Below, piece after piece: positions 13,598-23,907 of a DNA stretch of 64,000 nucleotides. Each line of letters begins with the position of its first letter. Position 1 is the stretch's first letter. A program made the position numbers and the translations under genes. The notes beneath the pieces were generated by a model. The model was not told the DNA's origin and searched no databases. It saw only the letters and a program-made list of their open reading frames with translations. This stretch comes from Lepidodermella squamata. Its lineage: Eukaryota; Animalia; Gastrotricha. Where the stretch lies: the NCBI GenBank assembly GCA_047495785.1, contig JBLDXI010000019.1:3348001-3412000 (forward strand), read 5' to 3'.

Positions 13598-13857
13598 ATG
13601 CCTTACGTCGTTGTTAAAGCTTTTAGCTTGAATATCCTGAATTCACCTACGTCCAAGCTGAGCATCTAGTCGGGGATTTACTATACGACAACGACTTCCG
13701 CGAGGAAAGCGATGAATCGTTCATGAGTATGAACAACCCTGTAGCTGTTCTAAATAATTTGGAGAAATATGGTTATCGTGTAATATCTTATCAAATATGC
13801 CCAAATGCCAAGGCTGGACCGGGTCATTACCTATATACCTGGACTCTTCAGAAATGA
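13598..13857 (+). pseudogene. GFRP-like, copy 3, with a single -1 frameshift near 13627 (pseudogene or sequence error)
   Basis: MPYVVVKAFS in one frame continues as LEYPEFT...NNPVAVLNNLEKYGYRVISY...YTWTLQK* in the -1 frame; absent from the ORF track. Confidence 0.7.
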
Positions 13858-14760
13858 ATTCATAAATGAAATTTTGTTGTTTAAAGCTTTAAACAAGTTG
13901 TTCCGAATAAAATATGTACGCAGCTACACGAAGTTCATTATCAGTTGAACTTGGCTGATGAATATTTGATGGACCGAGGCTGGACATTACACACACCTAT
14001 ACTTGGCCTCTTCAGTAACGGCTGGATCTTCATAGTTGATTTTCTGTTAATTCGCGAATTAGATGTACTGGAAATCGTTCAATTTTCCTGTCTTAGGCAA
14101 GCCTAAAAGGAACTAAGACTAATTTGACGAGATGTTTGAAAGCATTTTTCAAGCTTTAGTCTGAAAAGTTGAAGTAGTATTGTCCGAAGTCCGGCGAAGC
14201 TAATTTCCTCACTTGAAAGAATTCATTTTTTACGAATCATCAATTCTCCGATCGCTCGACGCAACAGGATTTCGTCATTCTATTGACATCATCTTGCAGT
14301 CACATGACGAAACAAGCTGAATTTCCTGCAGAAGTTTGATCGTCAACAAAGAATGCTACTAAAAAGTACTAAAACTCTTGTGCAATATTCAATTCCCAGA
14401 TCGTAACATGAGTCGTATTTTACATTTTTTACGTGCGAGGTCCCATAGCTACAATAAATGTACGAGAAATAATGCGATATTATTACGGCTTGGGAATATA
14501 ATTAAGCGCGCCGGCCATTGCGCCATGCGAGAAAAATCCGATCGCCAGTGCTGCGACCGTCCATCTAGTGGATACTCAGTCGCATGCATTTTTTAATTGA
14601 ACGGAAGCCGACGCCATGGCAATACGGCCTTGTTTACACTGCCTTCTCGGTGCACGAATGGCGAGTTGAGACGGACCTACACCTTAGCAATCAATATATA
14701 CGTCAGTTGAAAAAATAACGCATCGCTAAGATGACTCATTGACTCGGCTACTCTACGGCT

Positions 14761-14769
14761 TATATAAAA
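14761..14769 (+). promoter_or_regulatory. TATA box upstream of family copy 5
   Basis: TATATAAAA ~60 nt before the ATG at 14824; a TGACTCA (AP-1-like) site lies at ~14732. Confidence 0.5.
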
Positions 14770-14823
14770 CCGGCGAATCAGCGACTTTTTCACAGATTAT
14801 TTCAAAACAATATCCGAGTGATT

Positions 14824-15331
14824 ATGGTCTCAACTCCGGCAGCTGCACTGGCTTTTAGCGAAATTTTTGATAACTTCTCGAATATCGGCCTCTTTTGGAC
14901 TAAGAAGGTCAACTGGGCCCGGCAAATGTGGCACACTGATTCCTCAACCCCAGCTGGAGCGCTAGCTCATGCTCAGTGTTATTACGCTAATAGAATGGAC
15001 GAATTTGTTGCGGAACGTTCGAAACAATGCAAGTACGTCAAGTACTACCGTTTGAAGGCTCAGCATAGGCAGACGATTAAGGAAGCATCATCCACCTACA
15101 ACTTGGGCACACCTGAGCGGTCGCGCTTCGATATGTTCGCGAAAAAGCTGTTTGCGTACTACCTTGCGGTCAACAACGCTCGTTACAACGGATTTTTCTT
15201 CAAACCCTCCGATAAAACCGGCCCAAGTGCGGATATCAAGATCAAGGTCGTTAGGCGTCTCAGAATGTAAGATTTTCCAAATATTTCCTCGAGCAAAAAT
15301 CTTACGCATTCATTTTTAATTCAGATTGTGA
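14824..15331 (+). CDS. Unnamed helical family, copy 5 (exons 14824-15266, 15325-15331)
   Basis: AQCYYANRMDEF...YVKYYRLKAQH...RFDMFAKKLF...NNARYNGFF; the splice AT|gtaag...ttcag|ATTGTGA gives RIL*. Confidence 0.8.
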
Positions 15332-16464
15332 TTGTTTTCCCGATAATTTGCCTCCAAAACTCGACTTGTTTTTCAATTTCGAACACCGGCAGCTCAGTGG
15401 GCTCGGTTCTTGCCTCTTTTTCTGGTTCAACTGCATCATCATTAATCCAAGCAATAAAAACGATATTTATCTTGACAGCTTTAATCCATTATTTATGACA
15501 ATTTTTGTACCATTGATGATTCCTCGGTCGCTAATCTCGTTTTTCATTATTAGGGACGAGAATAGCATTCGATATTTCAATAAAGTCCTTGAAATCATGT
15601 TTTTTCCACTTAAAAAGCTTATGAGTATCATTTTTGAAACGCGGAACCCTAAACTTCAGTGCTACCGTTCCTCACAGGCGATATCGTATAGTCCAAGAAA
15701 TTTGAACAAAAGCGAGCGGATAATCATTTTGTTGAACGCCGGAGCCCTTCGATTCATCTCTTCTCCGAATATCGAATCCCACTATCGGATATTATATTGG
15801 TAGAAAGTGTCTATTTCTGTTTCAGTTCCGACATTTTCTAGCTCTGGAAACATTTGGCCGAGTGAATTTTTCGAATATCATTTTCAGATACCCATTAGTG
15901 ATTCATCAAACGTGCCTCGGCAGCTTTCTACCCTATCGCAGATCCCAGGCCAGCTCGAAAAAATATCACTCCCCAGAGACAGGAGCTGATTAACACAGGT
16001 GACTAATGTATGCGTATGCCAATTCTCGACCAACCCTAGATCGATGATTGTGCACTGAGAGAGCGAGTGAGTGAGTAAGCATGCATGAGTAAACAATCGA
16101 GGGGCGCCGCGCCTGTAAATGCTACGGAAGTCAAGCCTAAATTTGAAAATAAATTTTTTCCACTTAACAGGCCGATACACCGGAAAACACACATTACGCC
16201 GTGTGACCATGAGAACCTAGACGCGATGAATAAATCATCAGTTGCCAGGGTTGCGCTAATAATAGCTGCGTGTTTACCTTACCATGCGTCATATCGCGGA
16301 TCGCTATTTCGCTTCTTGCCTTTGCTCAAGACGTAAAAAAACGCACTTGTAAATCTTGGTTTCTAAGAAACGACTACAAATCGATATTACGCTACATTTT
16401 CGATATTTACACACCCCGTTCGTACCTTGGCAACGGTAGTGGAAATGATTCACGGCCCTGAAGC

Positions 16465-16472
16465 TATATAAA
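16465..16472 (+). promoter_or_regulatory. TATA box upstream of family copy 6
   Basis: TATATAAA ~75 nt before the ATG at 16542. Confidence 0.45.
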
Positions 16473-16541
16473 GAGAGTCAAGAATAATTTATTTCAAAAA
16501 TCCAAGCATATTTTGCAATTTGCTCTGAAACACATTTTAAC

Positions 16542-16955
16542 ATGGAAACCGACCTACTTCTGTACAACAAGGCCGAAATCGAGCAGGCCGTTGCCCATCT
16601 AGCCAAACAGCTCGCCAACTGTCGTTCAATGCTGTCGAACTCTCGAGGAATCACAGCTCCTTTAATCGGCGCTGAAAATTTCTACCTAGACCGGATGGAA
16701 TGCTACGTCAAAGCCCATGATCGGTACTTGAAGTACCACAAGCTTCGGAAGGTTCACAAGGAAGCGATCAGCGATGCGAAACTGCTGTTCAGGATCGACC
16801 CTCTCGATCGTCGGCTGGATCTGTTTGCCGAGGAGCACTTTGACTACTACGCTTACATTAATAACTCAAAATATCAGGGAATTTTCGGCTCTCCAGCTCG
16901 CAGACGAACGTCTCCTGTCATTACCCGACTTCTCCGCACAACCCGAATTTGGTGA
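16542..16955 (+). CDS. Unnamed helical family, copy 6 (intronless, 137 aa)
   Basis: GAENFYLDRMECY...YLKYHKLRKVH...RLDLFAEEHF...NNSKYQGIFGSPA...TRIW*, encoded without the terminal intron. Confidence 0.85.
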   Translation: METDLLLYNKAEIEQAVAHLAKQLANCRSMLSNSRGITAPLIGAENFYLDRMECYVKAHDRYLKYHKLRKVHKEAISDAKLLFRIDPLDRRLDLFAEEHFDYYAYINNSKYQGIFGSPARRRTSPVITRLLRTTRIW

Positions 16956-18319
16956 AAATTTACCTTACTAAAATCAATGATCCTCCAATTCGTTTCGAGT
17001 CGAATGAAAGGCGCTATGTTCCACTGGAAAATAATGACTTTTTTACGCCGATGTTTTAAAAGCATCAAAAATTGTTATTTACAGCCAGCTATGCTTGTTC
17101 CGCTTCGCCTTATTTTATGTCTTTTGATACCCAGATATGTATAATAAAGAAATGGATTCTTGATTGATAATTGTTCATATTATGATCAAATTATGACCAA
17201 AGCTAAAAGTTTGGCACAGGGTAATTTGGGTAATCAAGAAGGTTTAAAACTAAATTTCAAGGGTGACGGTGCAATTTAAATCGTTGCTTTTCTTCTAAAT
17301 CGGACTAGCATTACACCATGGCGATGTCCAATAAATTTGTGAGCATATATTTATTACCATTATTCACTCACAAGTTAGTAAACAGTGTGACGTGCAACAT
17401 TTCTTTGTCTGATATTAGCACAAGTATTATCATATCTTGAACTTGTCGCACGAGATCAGGAAGTCGGAAATCGGAACGAGACGAGATGGGTGGAGATTAC
17501 TAAATCGAGTGCGTAGTATAGTGCGGTTCGTTTGTATTTGCCGTTTTATGCAGAAAAGGAAAAAAGGCGGTCTTAAGGAAAATGCGATATTTGCAATGAA
17601 TGAATCATGAATCATCGTCTCAGAATCGAAACAAATGAAGTTTTTGTGCATAATTGCAAGGAACATTCGAGAGAAATTGAAACTGAATCAACCATCAGCT
17701 TCAGCTGCAATATTAATCCAGCAGGATGCGCGATCTTTCTGCGGCTAAATTGTCATTTCTTTGTCCGGCCTGGCCGAGCTGGGGGGGATACGCCTGATAG
17801 TCGCACATTGCTTATCCAGGCACATTGTTTAAGGCGTATTTAGAAGTAAATACTGTACATTTTCCGGTAAATTTACCTGGTTAAAGATTGAGCGTTATCG
17901 TCTAGACACTAGATTCGGGACTTGTCCTTCGTCGAATAACATTTTGAATGACGGATTAAACAGAAAACGCCCACCTACAGCGCAATTATGAACCAGGCAA
18001 GGACATTTCGATATGTCATCATTATTCATGCATCGACAACCAAGAGGTTCATTCAGATTTAACGAGAAAGCGGAACGAAGCCAGTCGTCGCACTTTGGTT
18101 CAACATTGCCGCATCAAATTTCACCTAAACCACGCGTGGGATAAAAACTTGAAGCATGCTCAGCTGTACCTAACCTACGCCTCACGTACTAACACATCAA
18201 TGCATTTAGGCTAATTTTTAACGTTACTAGAAAATCGATTCTCTCTACATTTTAGATTAGACAGCGTAAATAAATGCGCATTTCACATCGCCGTTAATTC
18301 GAACAAGTCTAAAGTAAGC

Positions 18320-19697
18320 ATGAGATCTCACAACGAAGCTGGGCACCGGTGTAAAGTTTGCGACAAAGTTGTTACGCCACGCAAGAATTACCAACCCGGC
18401 ATCTGCGAGGCTTGTCAGAAGTTTTTCCGCCGCCACTGTGGAGCCCATGATAAGCTAGAATGCAACCACGTTGACGCAAGAACCAACCAAAAATTCGACC
18501 TCAGGTCATTCTGTCCGAAATGTCGATTTGACAAATGCCTTCATGTCGGCATGCAAAGTAACGAAAGGTCGAATTTATTGTTTATGATTGCTTAGTTTTG
18601 TTTTATTTCGCAGGCAAGTTTTTCAAATCCCCGGGTGAAGAATTCATACCACCCGATTCATCTACGAAAAACAAAGATCAGCCCGCTAAAAAGAAGGAAA
18701 AGTCGAATACGCGAAAGCGAAAAATTCAAGATCCTAACTTGGAGACTTCATTAGTTCCCGAGCCGATTTTGTACGATGGCGCGGTGGTTGAGAACGTGCT
18801 AAAAAACTCAATGCAAGCAATAACTATTCTTCATGATCTTCAATTCGTGAGTGAATTTTCGGGTTTTATATCAACGATGAATTTAGGTTTCTTTCAGTTG
18901 CCTATGACCACATTGAGCCAGACTTATGGCAACGATATTTCAGACGATATGTTCATGTTAGTTTCGATGATTCAGCTAAGAGAGCTTGAGCGAATTGCTA
19001 GTCATTTCACTGGTTTCATGATGAGTAAGCCCGGCAATTTTGTGCTCGTTTTCGCTATTGTACGTTCATTACATAGATTTATTTGACATCCCGCCCAATG
19101 AGATGCCGTCTCTAAGGGAAACGAGATGGCGGCAAATTACTTTGACCTACTGTGCCCTCCCAGGATCGAAATGCACCTTGACAGTGGATGATAAGTGCGA
19201 ATCGAGGTGGTTGAGCTTTTTCCCAGAAATGAAGGTAAAACCGCCTTTACATTCGATTTTACCGCTTTATTTTTCTTGTCTTTTACCAGGAAGCAAAAAT
19301 TGCCAATGACAAGCTGAAAGCTGCTGTCGAAAAGTGGTCACCTACTTTCATGGAAACAGCTCTATATTCTGCTCTTCTTTTCTTCAACGGTATAAAGTTT
19401 CAGCATGTTCAAACAGTGACCTTGATGTTTTTCTGCTTCTCCACAGCCAAAGTTGCTCAACCTCACAGTAAAGTGTTCAAAGTGAGGCAAGCCCTACTGA
19501 CAGCTTTCAATCTTGTATGCGCAAAATACTCGGATCGCGACAAGGAAAACACGCTCGCTCATTTGAAAACTATGGACCAATTGCTGAAGGAGAACATCGA
19601 AGCTGTGGCTACTGGCGGGGAAGCAGCTGCACGTCGCGTGGCTCACATGTACAATCGTCGTGAAGATTACTTGGTTGAATTAGCTTTTGATTCCTGA
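18320..19697 (+). CDS. Divergent nuclear hormone receptor (exons 18320-18557, 18614-18846, 18898-19024, 19077-19234, 19290-19389, 19447-19697)
   Basis: DNA-binding domain CKVCD...CEACQKFFRR...CPKCRFDKCLHVGM; ligand-binding-domain-like helix ETALYSALLFFNA; five GT-AG introns preserve the frame. Confidence 0.85.
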
Positions 19698-20419
19698 AAA
19701 GAGACTCGGCTCTAGCAATGAACACTTTCTTAATTTGTTTGAATTGATAACAGACGCGTATTGCGCGTGTCCAGATATCACTCGAATCGCTTTCAAATTT
19801 AATTTCGATGATGAGCAGGGATGAAGGTCTCCAATAATGAATGTTGTCAGCATTTCACATATCTATAGATTAGATTAGAGATTTGACTCGCACCTGGAAA
19901 ATATGAGATTGGAATTCGGGAAATTCACGACGAACATTATTTTCTAGAGGCTTTACTCAATCTAAAATAAAGAACCTGGTTTGTCAAACTACTACAGGAG
20001 AAAATTCGAGTCCCGAAAACCGCGGCATAGCAAAATCATAACAATTCAAATAAACCATACAAAATTTAAAGGGCAGTTTTAAATCGATTTAAATCCTTCG
20101 AACTGATCGAATCTTTCCGTGCCCTGTGAACCTTTTTGCAGCATGGAGAAGTATACGTGGAGTTTTTCGCGAATCTCGATTTAGCCATTGGCAATGCTTT
20201 TGAAAGATGAAATGCTATGCGAAATGCACTGATTATCTAGAGGCAAGCGATTTACTAGATCAACTGCCCTCAACTGAGTAGCCGGTGCTAATCATCCGGC
20301 TTTGTACACTTTCTCAAGCACTTCCCTTGATTAAATTTACAGTAGCCGCCCGAGCATTTTCGCTGATTAAGATATGTTTCATCTCTGAGTTCATCATTCA
20401 TCTGACATCCATCATCAAC

Positions 20420-22840
20420 ATGATTGAAAAGCGACAAGAGTGGCTCGATGCCGCTGTAGCTTTGCATGACTACCAACTCTCCAAATTCGCGAAAGACAAT
20501 TCGCTGGGCGATGTTGGCAGTTTCGAATCCGCCCCTTGGTTCGTCCTGGTTGGAGATGAGCTCAGCGAAAAAATCCGTCTCATCGAATCACTTGCTGAGA
20601 AGCCTACTGTGGACTCCCTAAAACTACAACAATGCAACGCCTTTATCGACACTACTCTACAACGACCAGCAGTGTTCATTTTAAGAAAGGGTGAACGTCA
20701 CTATGTATCGATCTGCGAAGAAGCCAAGTCGCTAGGCGACGAGATATCAGTAGCCAAAGCGTCGAGTTTTACGGATTTAATTGATAACCCAAAATTGAAT
20801 GTTCTCAGTGAGAAGCCTGTTTTCGTCAAAGTATCCGGGAAAGACTGCATTGGAGCGACTTTTGTCATAAATCCTCACTCTGAGATGCCGATATTAGAGG
20901 GCGGAACTTTTGAATCATGCATCGCTAGCAAATGCCCGATTCTCATGTTGAAATACCCGCCGACTGAATGGCAGGCGAGACGAATCGATTTCGAGCAGTA
21001 TCTCGAAGATTTGTTGTACGACTACTACGGCGAGATGAGGTCGATAGGCACTGAACGGGCTATTTTGGTCGTTCATGGACTAGAATCCGGAAAAACTTTC
21101 CTCAGGTCGAAACATCTCGACCATTTTCTTCATGTTGCTAAGACAGTAGGTTTAGACTCACGTCGAATCGTTTTCGCATCTTTGAAAGGTGATCCCGCCA
21201 CGGATTTGGCGAAAACAATGGAGATCACTCATCCGGAACGATATCACATAGGCATGGAAGCCTTAGTAGCCCTTCTTGAAAACGAATTAATTGAATCAAT
21301 TATGAAGTCTGTCAATGCTGTTTCAGCTATGGCTAACTCTCAATTCCGGAAACTGATAAAGGTTGACCCGGAGCGGTGTCCGGATTCGTTTGACAAGGAC
21401 GAGAGTTACTATGAAAGAATGGCCGAGGACTACCTTGAACTTATCTATGAGGCCGTTCAGGTTTGTGCTGAGAATGATAGATCGAGGCTTGAGCTTTGCT
21501 TAAAGCGATCCCCAACAGTTCGAGTCGATGAACATGGCGCGATTGAGGAAATCATGTCAGCGATTTGCTACAACTTCAGTGAAGAAATGTTCAATTTCCC
21601 GTCAAAAAGTTTGTTACTGACTACCCTTCTAGGAGATTTAGAGCAGAAAAAGCTTGAATTGGGGCCGTTTCAAGGCAGTAATCGACTGATTTCTCAGATG
21701 AGCAAGTATCTATCAGGGAAAGAAGCTGTTTCACGGCTCTTATCCCTATCTGGCTATAGCTTACTCGAAAACTTTCGACCGATCGACTTCTCATCGGATG
21801 AAATCTTGGCCATGGGAGAAATCGTACCCGGGAGAGGTTTCATCTGCTCGAAAGCTGTCGAAAAGATGATAGACCAACGCCGCCCTGACATTGAATATAT
21901 TGAAAGCCTGGTTCAATGGTGTGTTTGGCTATTTGTTCGACAGGCCCCGCTAATCTGTGAAAGGATCCGGTTGATCGCTAAGTTGGATATCGACTCTGAG
22001 TTTCCGAGACTGGCTGACAGATTTGATGATACAATTTCCGAGGTCTGTAAAGCCTTTTTCGAGCAGAAGGCGCAAAACTTGATAACCGAAGCCGCGAAAA
22101 TGATCAGATTTCGCTATGATATCGCTAGATTCGATGATTTAGTCCTAACGACACATCTTTTAGGCTATTCGTGCTTCAAACCTACAACTTACGATGCTCC
22201 CAGGCAGAAGCGGATGTTTAATAGGACTTTAAGTATCTCTGTCAACCTTTCCGACCAACCTTTTGACGCTTTTCAAATGGAATCACCGTCTAGTTCTTTT
22301 GAAGAGTGCGTTTTCTCATCAGCTGGCAAGTGCGATGTCAATTTCGATGCGGTAACTGCTAATCAAGTCGACCACTACAGAGAGGCGATCAATAGTGCCG
22401 CTGAGGCATTTGCTAGGTACAAATACGGCTCTGTGATCGCTGATATATGCGCACTGATTGAACACGAATTCTCCGCAGCTTCAATAGCTGATTCTTTCGC
22501 CGAAATCAGGCGTAGAGTCTCTGTTAAAAATGCCCTCTGCAGCTATGCAAAATGCATGTTCAAAGTTGCGAGGCTTCGTTACAACCGTTTGGCGCTGGAA
22601 AAATGCCGCTGGGCTGAAGTGACCCTCCGAAATCTTGTTGATTTAGTTCTGAAGCTGGAAAATTGCCGGAGCGGGCTTGGCTCTCCCGCACCGAAAAGCA
22701 GCAATGAAATGAAGCAAACGGCTCGAGCTGTTCTCAAGGAACTTCAGGAGGATGTGGGAATTCTAGAAGAATACGTGCAAGAGGACATTTTAATGGACGG
22801 CTGGGGCACGCAATACATAGCTATGACTCCGCATGAATGA
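20420..22840 (+). CDS. Intronless dynamin-superfamily-like protein with degenerate GTPase motifs (~806 aa)
   Basis: APWFVLVGDELSEKIRLIESL (G1 position), TTLQRPAVFIL (G2), SEKPVFVKVSGKDCIGATFVINP (G3) and HIGMEALVALLENEL (end of G domain), followed by a long helical stalk-like region. First ATG at 20420. Confidence 0.6.
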   Translation: MIEKRQEWLDAAVALHDYQLSKFAKDNSLGDVGSFESAPWFVLVGDELSEKIRLIESLAEKPTVDSLKLQQCNAFIDTTLQRPAVFILRKGERHYVSICEEAKSLGDEISVAKASSFTDLIDNPKLNVLSEKPVFVKVSGKDCIGATFVINPHSEMPILEGGTFESCIASKCPILMLKYPPTEWQARRIDFEQYLEDLLYDYYGEMRSIGTERAILVVHGLESGKTFLRSKHLDHFLHVAKTVGLDSRRIVFASLKGDPATDLAKTMEITHPERYHIGMEALVALLENELIESIMKSVNAVSAMANSQFRKLIKVDPERCPDSFDKDESYYERMAEDYLELIYEAVQVCAENDRSRLELCLKRSPTVRVDEHGAIEEIMSAICYNFSEEMFNFPSKSLLLTTLLGDLEQKKLELGPFQGSNRLISQMSKYLSGKEAVSRLLSLSGYSLLENFRPIDFSSDEILAMGEIVPGRGFICSKAVEKMIDQRRPDIEYIESLVQWCVWLFVRQAPLICERIRLIAKLDIDSEFPRLADRFDDTISEVCKAFFEQKAQNLITEAAKMIRFRYDIARFDDLVLTTHLLGYSCFKPTTYDAPRQKRMFNRTLSISVNLSDQPFDAFQMESPSSSFEECVFSSAGKCDVNFDAVTANQVDHYREAINSAAEAFARYKYGSVIADICALIEHEFSAASIADSFAEIRRRVSVKNALCSYAKCMFKVARLRYNRLALEKCRWAEVTLRNLVDLVLKLENCRSGLGSPAPKSSNEMKQTARAVLKELQEDVGILEEYVQEDILMDGWGTQYIAMTPHE

Positions 22841-23488
22841 ACTGCCGAAACCCACGAGACTATGCCAAACCCCATTTTCATTCATGTCGTACCTTTACGT
22901 TGAATAAATATGTATATATAAGCAGAAGTTTAAATACCTTGATATGATTACTTTGGAGACGCAGGAATATCGATAATTTTTTATTTTTTTCATTACGATC
23001 AGAAATGTTTCGTTCCGGTTTTTGCCAGTCCCCACGTCTATCTTGCCGAAATCATTTCTGTTAATCTCATTAGAACCCGATAAGCATGAGGTGCGTGGAC
23101 AAGTTATTTTGGGGGTATTTCGTGGTTTATAGTGGCTGGGATTTCAGTACATTGTATTATACGTAAATTAAGAGTGTTATGAGAAATGAGAATATTGCAT
23201 GATATGAGGGAGGCGGAAATGAGAGACGATGTTGCCTATTTACGCTTTTCATTGCGTGCTCGTATTTTCGTATGAGGCCCTTCGACATTACTAGATCATA
23301 AGTGATAAACAAAAGCTTTTCATGAAAAAAGAGAGAAGTCTTCCCGTCGCACGGAATTTCATCTCCAGATTTGTCTCTTCAGTTTGAAATTTATTACATC
23401 AATTGATCGATATTATTCACCATGATCTTTCCTATATTAATTTTTAACTAATCCGTATGTTAAGATACCAAGGTGTTTGTTTGATGTT

Positions 23489-23663
23489 AGAATGGCCGTC
23501 AAATTTTATTCTTCTTAGTTCTCATCTTCGATGAATGTTACCCGACTTCATTTCCCCAGCTTTATCACCATATACTTGCTGGGAATTCTATCTTTGGAAG
23601 TTTTCTCAATTTCAAGGGCTCCAAAAGAATCGGAAAATCTGTATGATATTGGTAATTGCTTAC
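23489..23663. repeat. 175-bp inverted repeat, left arm (partner 24985-25159)
   Basis: Reverse-complement match; ORFs 23535+ and 25113- share an identical N-terminal translation. Confidence 0.95.
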
Positions 23664-23907
23664 AATCAAAAGATCTTTTTCAGCAATCATGATAAATATT
23701 ATTTCAGAGGCCATGGTAAGGGCGATGATGGCCCAAAAGGACATAAAGAACCTGTATGGCTTGGTTGGAGCGATACTAAACGAGAAAAACCTGCGATGTA
23801 AAACCGACCAACAATGTGGCTTGAGCATGCCGCCGGTAATGCTGGATAGCAAACTCGGACGAAAATCTAGCCGAGTATACAGCATATCAAAATTCGGAAA
23901 TCCATGA
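23531..23907 (+). CDS. Small secreted protein / candidate neuropeptide precursor (exons 23531-23651, 23708-23907; 106 aa)
   Basis: Hydrophobic N-terminus MNVTRLHFPSFITIYLLGILSLEVFS; a phase-1 56-nt GT-AG intron joins in frame to ...NLR-CKTDQQCGLSMPPVMLDSKLGRKSSRVYSISKFGNP*; AATAAA at ~23955. Confidence 0.65.

Noticed and set aside
15348-15900. 151-aa plus ORF and a nearly open antisense frame
   Set aside because: No ATG start or recognisable motifs; it overlaps the 3' UTR of family copy 5. At most a decayed relic.
10840-16480. Shared AP-1/FoxO-like motifs upstream of family copies
   Set aside because: 7-mers at inconsistent positions; not distinguishable from background without enrichment testing.
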